DNA of 64,000 nucleotides, taken from assembly GCA_010015585.1 (NCBI GenBank), contig ML975161.1, one strand, 5' to 3'. A program made the translations under genes and the position numbers. Positions 62,945 through 64,000 of this stretch are shown piece after piece. The stretch is from Eremomyces bilateralis CBS 781.70. Taxonomy: Eukaryota. A model generated the notes under the pieces. The model had not been told where the DNA came from and searched no databases. It saw only the letters and a list, made by a program, of their open reading frames with translations. How positions within the stretch are numbered: position 1 is the first letter of the stretch; each line of letters opens with the position of its first letter.

Positions 62945-63300
62945 CGACCGCCGACCGCAAAGCCGCTATTCACCACCCCAGTGCCACGACAAAGCCGCCA
63001 CCGACGGCGCCCGACCGCAAAGACACGATCAACCGTGCATCCGACGCCGCAAAGACGCGATCAACTGTGCATCCCACGAAGCCACTCCCGAGAGCGCATC
63101 GACAAAGCCGCCATCAACGGCGCCCGACCGCAACCCTCGCCCGAGAGCACCGCCCTGGACCTCATCGTCTCTCGGTACGTAGCCTTCACTACTTGATGAC
63201 AACCAACATCTCAGTAGACCGTCACCGCCCGTAGGCCGCTATCAACAGAGCCTTCATCGACCGGAAAAGCCGCGATCAACCGCGCCACGACCGAAAACCG
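62945..63300 (+). repeat. GC-rich imperfect direct repeats (CCGACCGCAAAG / GATCAAC motifs)
   Basis: 62988-63020 and 63101-63133 match at 31 of 33 nt; cgcaaagac-cgatcaac-gtgcatcc occurs twice in tandem. Confidence 0.75.
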
Positions 63301-63540
63301 TCACCGACGAGGCGCTATGAGGGCGTGAGCCGCTTCGCTTCATGTAGAGCGCTGCCCGAAAGCCGTCAACCGACGAGGCACCAGAGGGCCCGGCAAACCT
63401 CTTTAAACACCGCGGGTGACGAATGGACTCTGCACCTCCACGTGGTGTCACCTGGTAACTCAGTGAGCGCAAGCTTGCTGAGGCCAACGCAGAGACGACC
63501 CCCTTTACCTGTGAGTTGTTCCCAGTCTTCAGTTCTCACC

Positions 63541-64000
63541 TCGTCTCGCCATGTCGTTACAGTCTTGCCATGTCATCGCCCTCCTGCCATGTCGTCGTCC
63601 TCTTGCCACGCTGTCCTCCTCTTGCCACGCTGTCCTCCTCTTGCCACGCTGTCCTCCTCTTACCATGTCGTTGTCTTGCCATGTCGTCGTCTTATCATGT
63701 CGCCGTCTTATCATGTCGCCGTCTTGCCATGTCGTGCCATGTTGTGCTATGTCGTCGCCTTCCTATCATGCCATCGTTGTCTTGCCATGTTGTCGTCCGT
63801 GGCTTGTCGTGTCATGTCGTTGTAGTCTTTCCATGTCATAGTTGTCTTGCTATCATCATTGTCTTGCCATGTCGTTGTAGTCGCGCCATGCCGCTGTCTT
63901 GCCATGACCTCGTTGTCTAGCCATGTTGTCGTGTCGGTATGTTGTCGTGTCGGTATGTTCTCGTGTCAGTATGTTCTCGTGTCAGTATGCTGTCGTGTGG
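63541..64000 (+). repeat. Compound minisatellite running off the window end
   Basis: Degenerate TCTTGCCATGTCGT units, three perfect 19-mers CTCTTGCCACGCTGTCCTC (63600-63656), and about five 16-mers ATGTT(G/C)TCGTGTC(G/A)GT (63923-64000). Confidence 0.9.

Noticed and set aside
63325..63920. Cys/His-rich proteins from three overlapping ORFs
   Set aside because: All three frames are open because of the low-complexity minisatellite; 19- and 16-bp units do not preserve a reading frame.
62501..64000. CRISPR-like array
   Set aside because: Eukaryotic context, degenerate contiguous units, no unique constant-length spacers and no cas genes.

Overview
Intron-containing genomic DNA from a filamentous ascomycete (Pezizomycotina, inferred from GT-AG introns with CTRAC/CTAAT branch sites, a Zn2Cys6 transcription factor, a QDE-1-type RdRP and a HET-C2-type GLTP). 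The core (about 5.8-59.5 kb) is gene-dense and mostly housekeeping: glycogen phosphorylase, a GT32 mannosyltransferase divergent to an acyltransferase-3, mitochondrial MRPL3/NUUM-like/IMP2/CLD1 genes, GLTP, a secreted alpha-carbonic anhydrase, an RNAi RdRP, a Gyp8-like Rab-GAP, an Mms1/DDB1-like protein, ACH1, tRNA-Ser(GCT), a Zn2Cys6 TF, RSC8/SWI3, ETF-alpha and JEN1. Three accessory zones stand out. (1) The left end has a truncated basic/acidic ORF, possibly from a transposon, and two diverged tandem paralogs of an unrecognised family that share an intron position. (2) About 11.3-15.2 kb is a pseudogene island with a PD-(D/E)XK nuclease fragment and a decayed ankyrin-repeat + SsdA/DYW-like zinc deaminase (SGW, HAE, CxxC); the ORF track misses it. 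(3) The right end has a decayed gene remnant and nested repeats/minisatellites. All family calls are by eye; no database searches were run.
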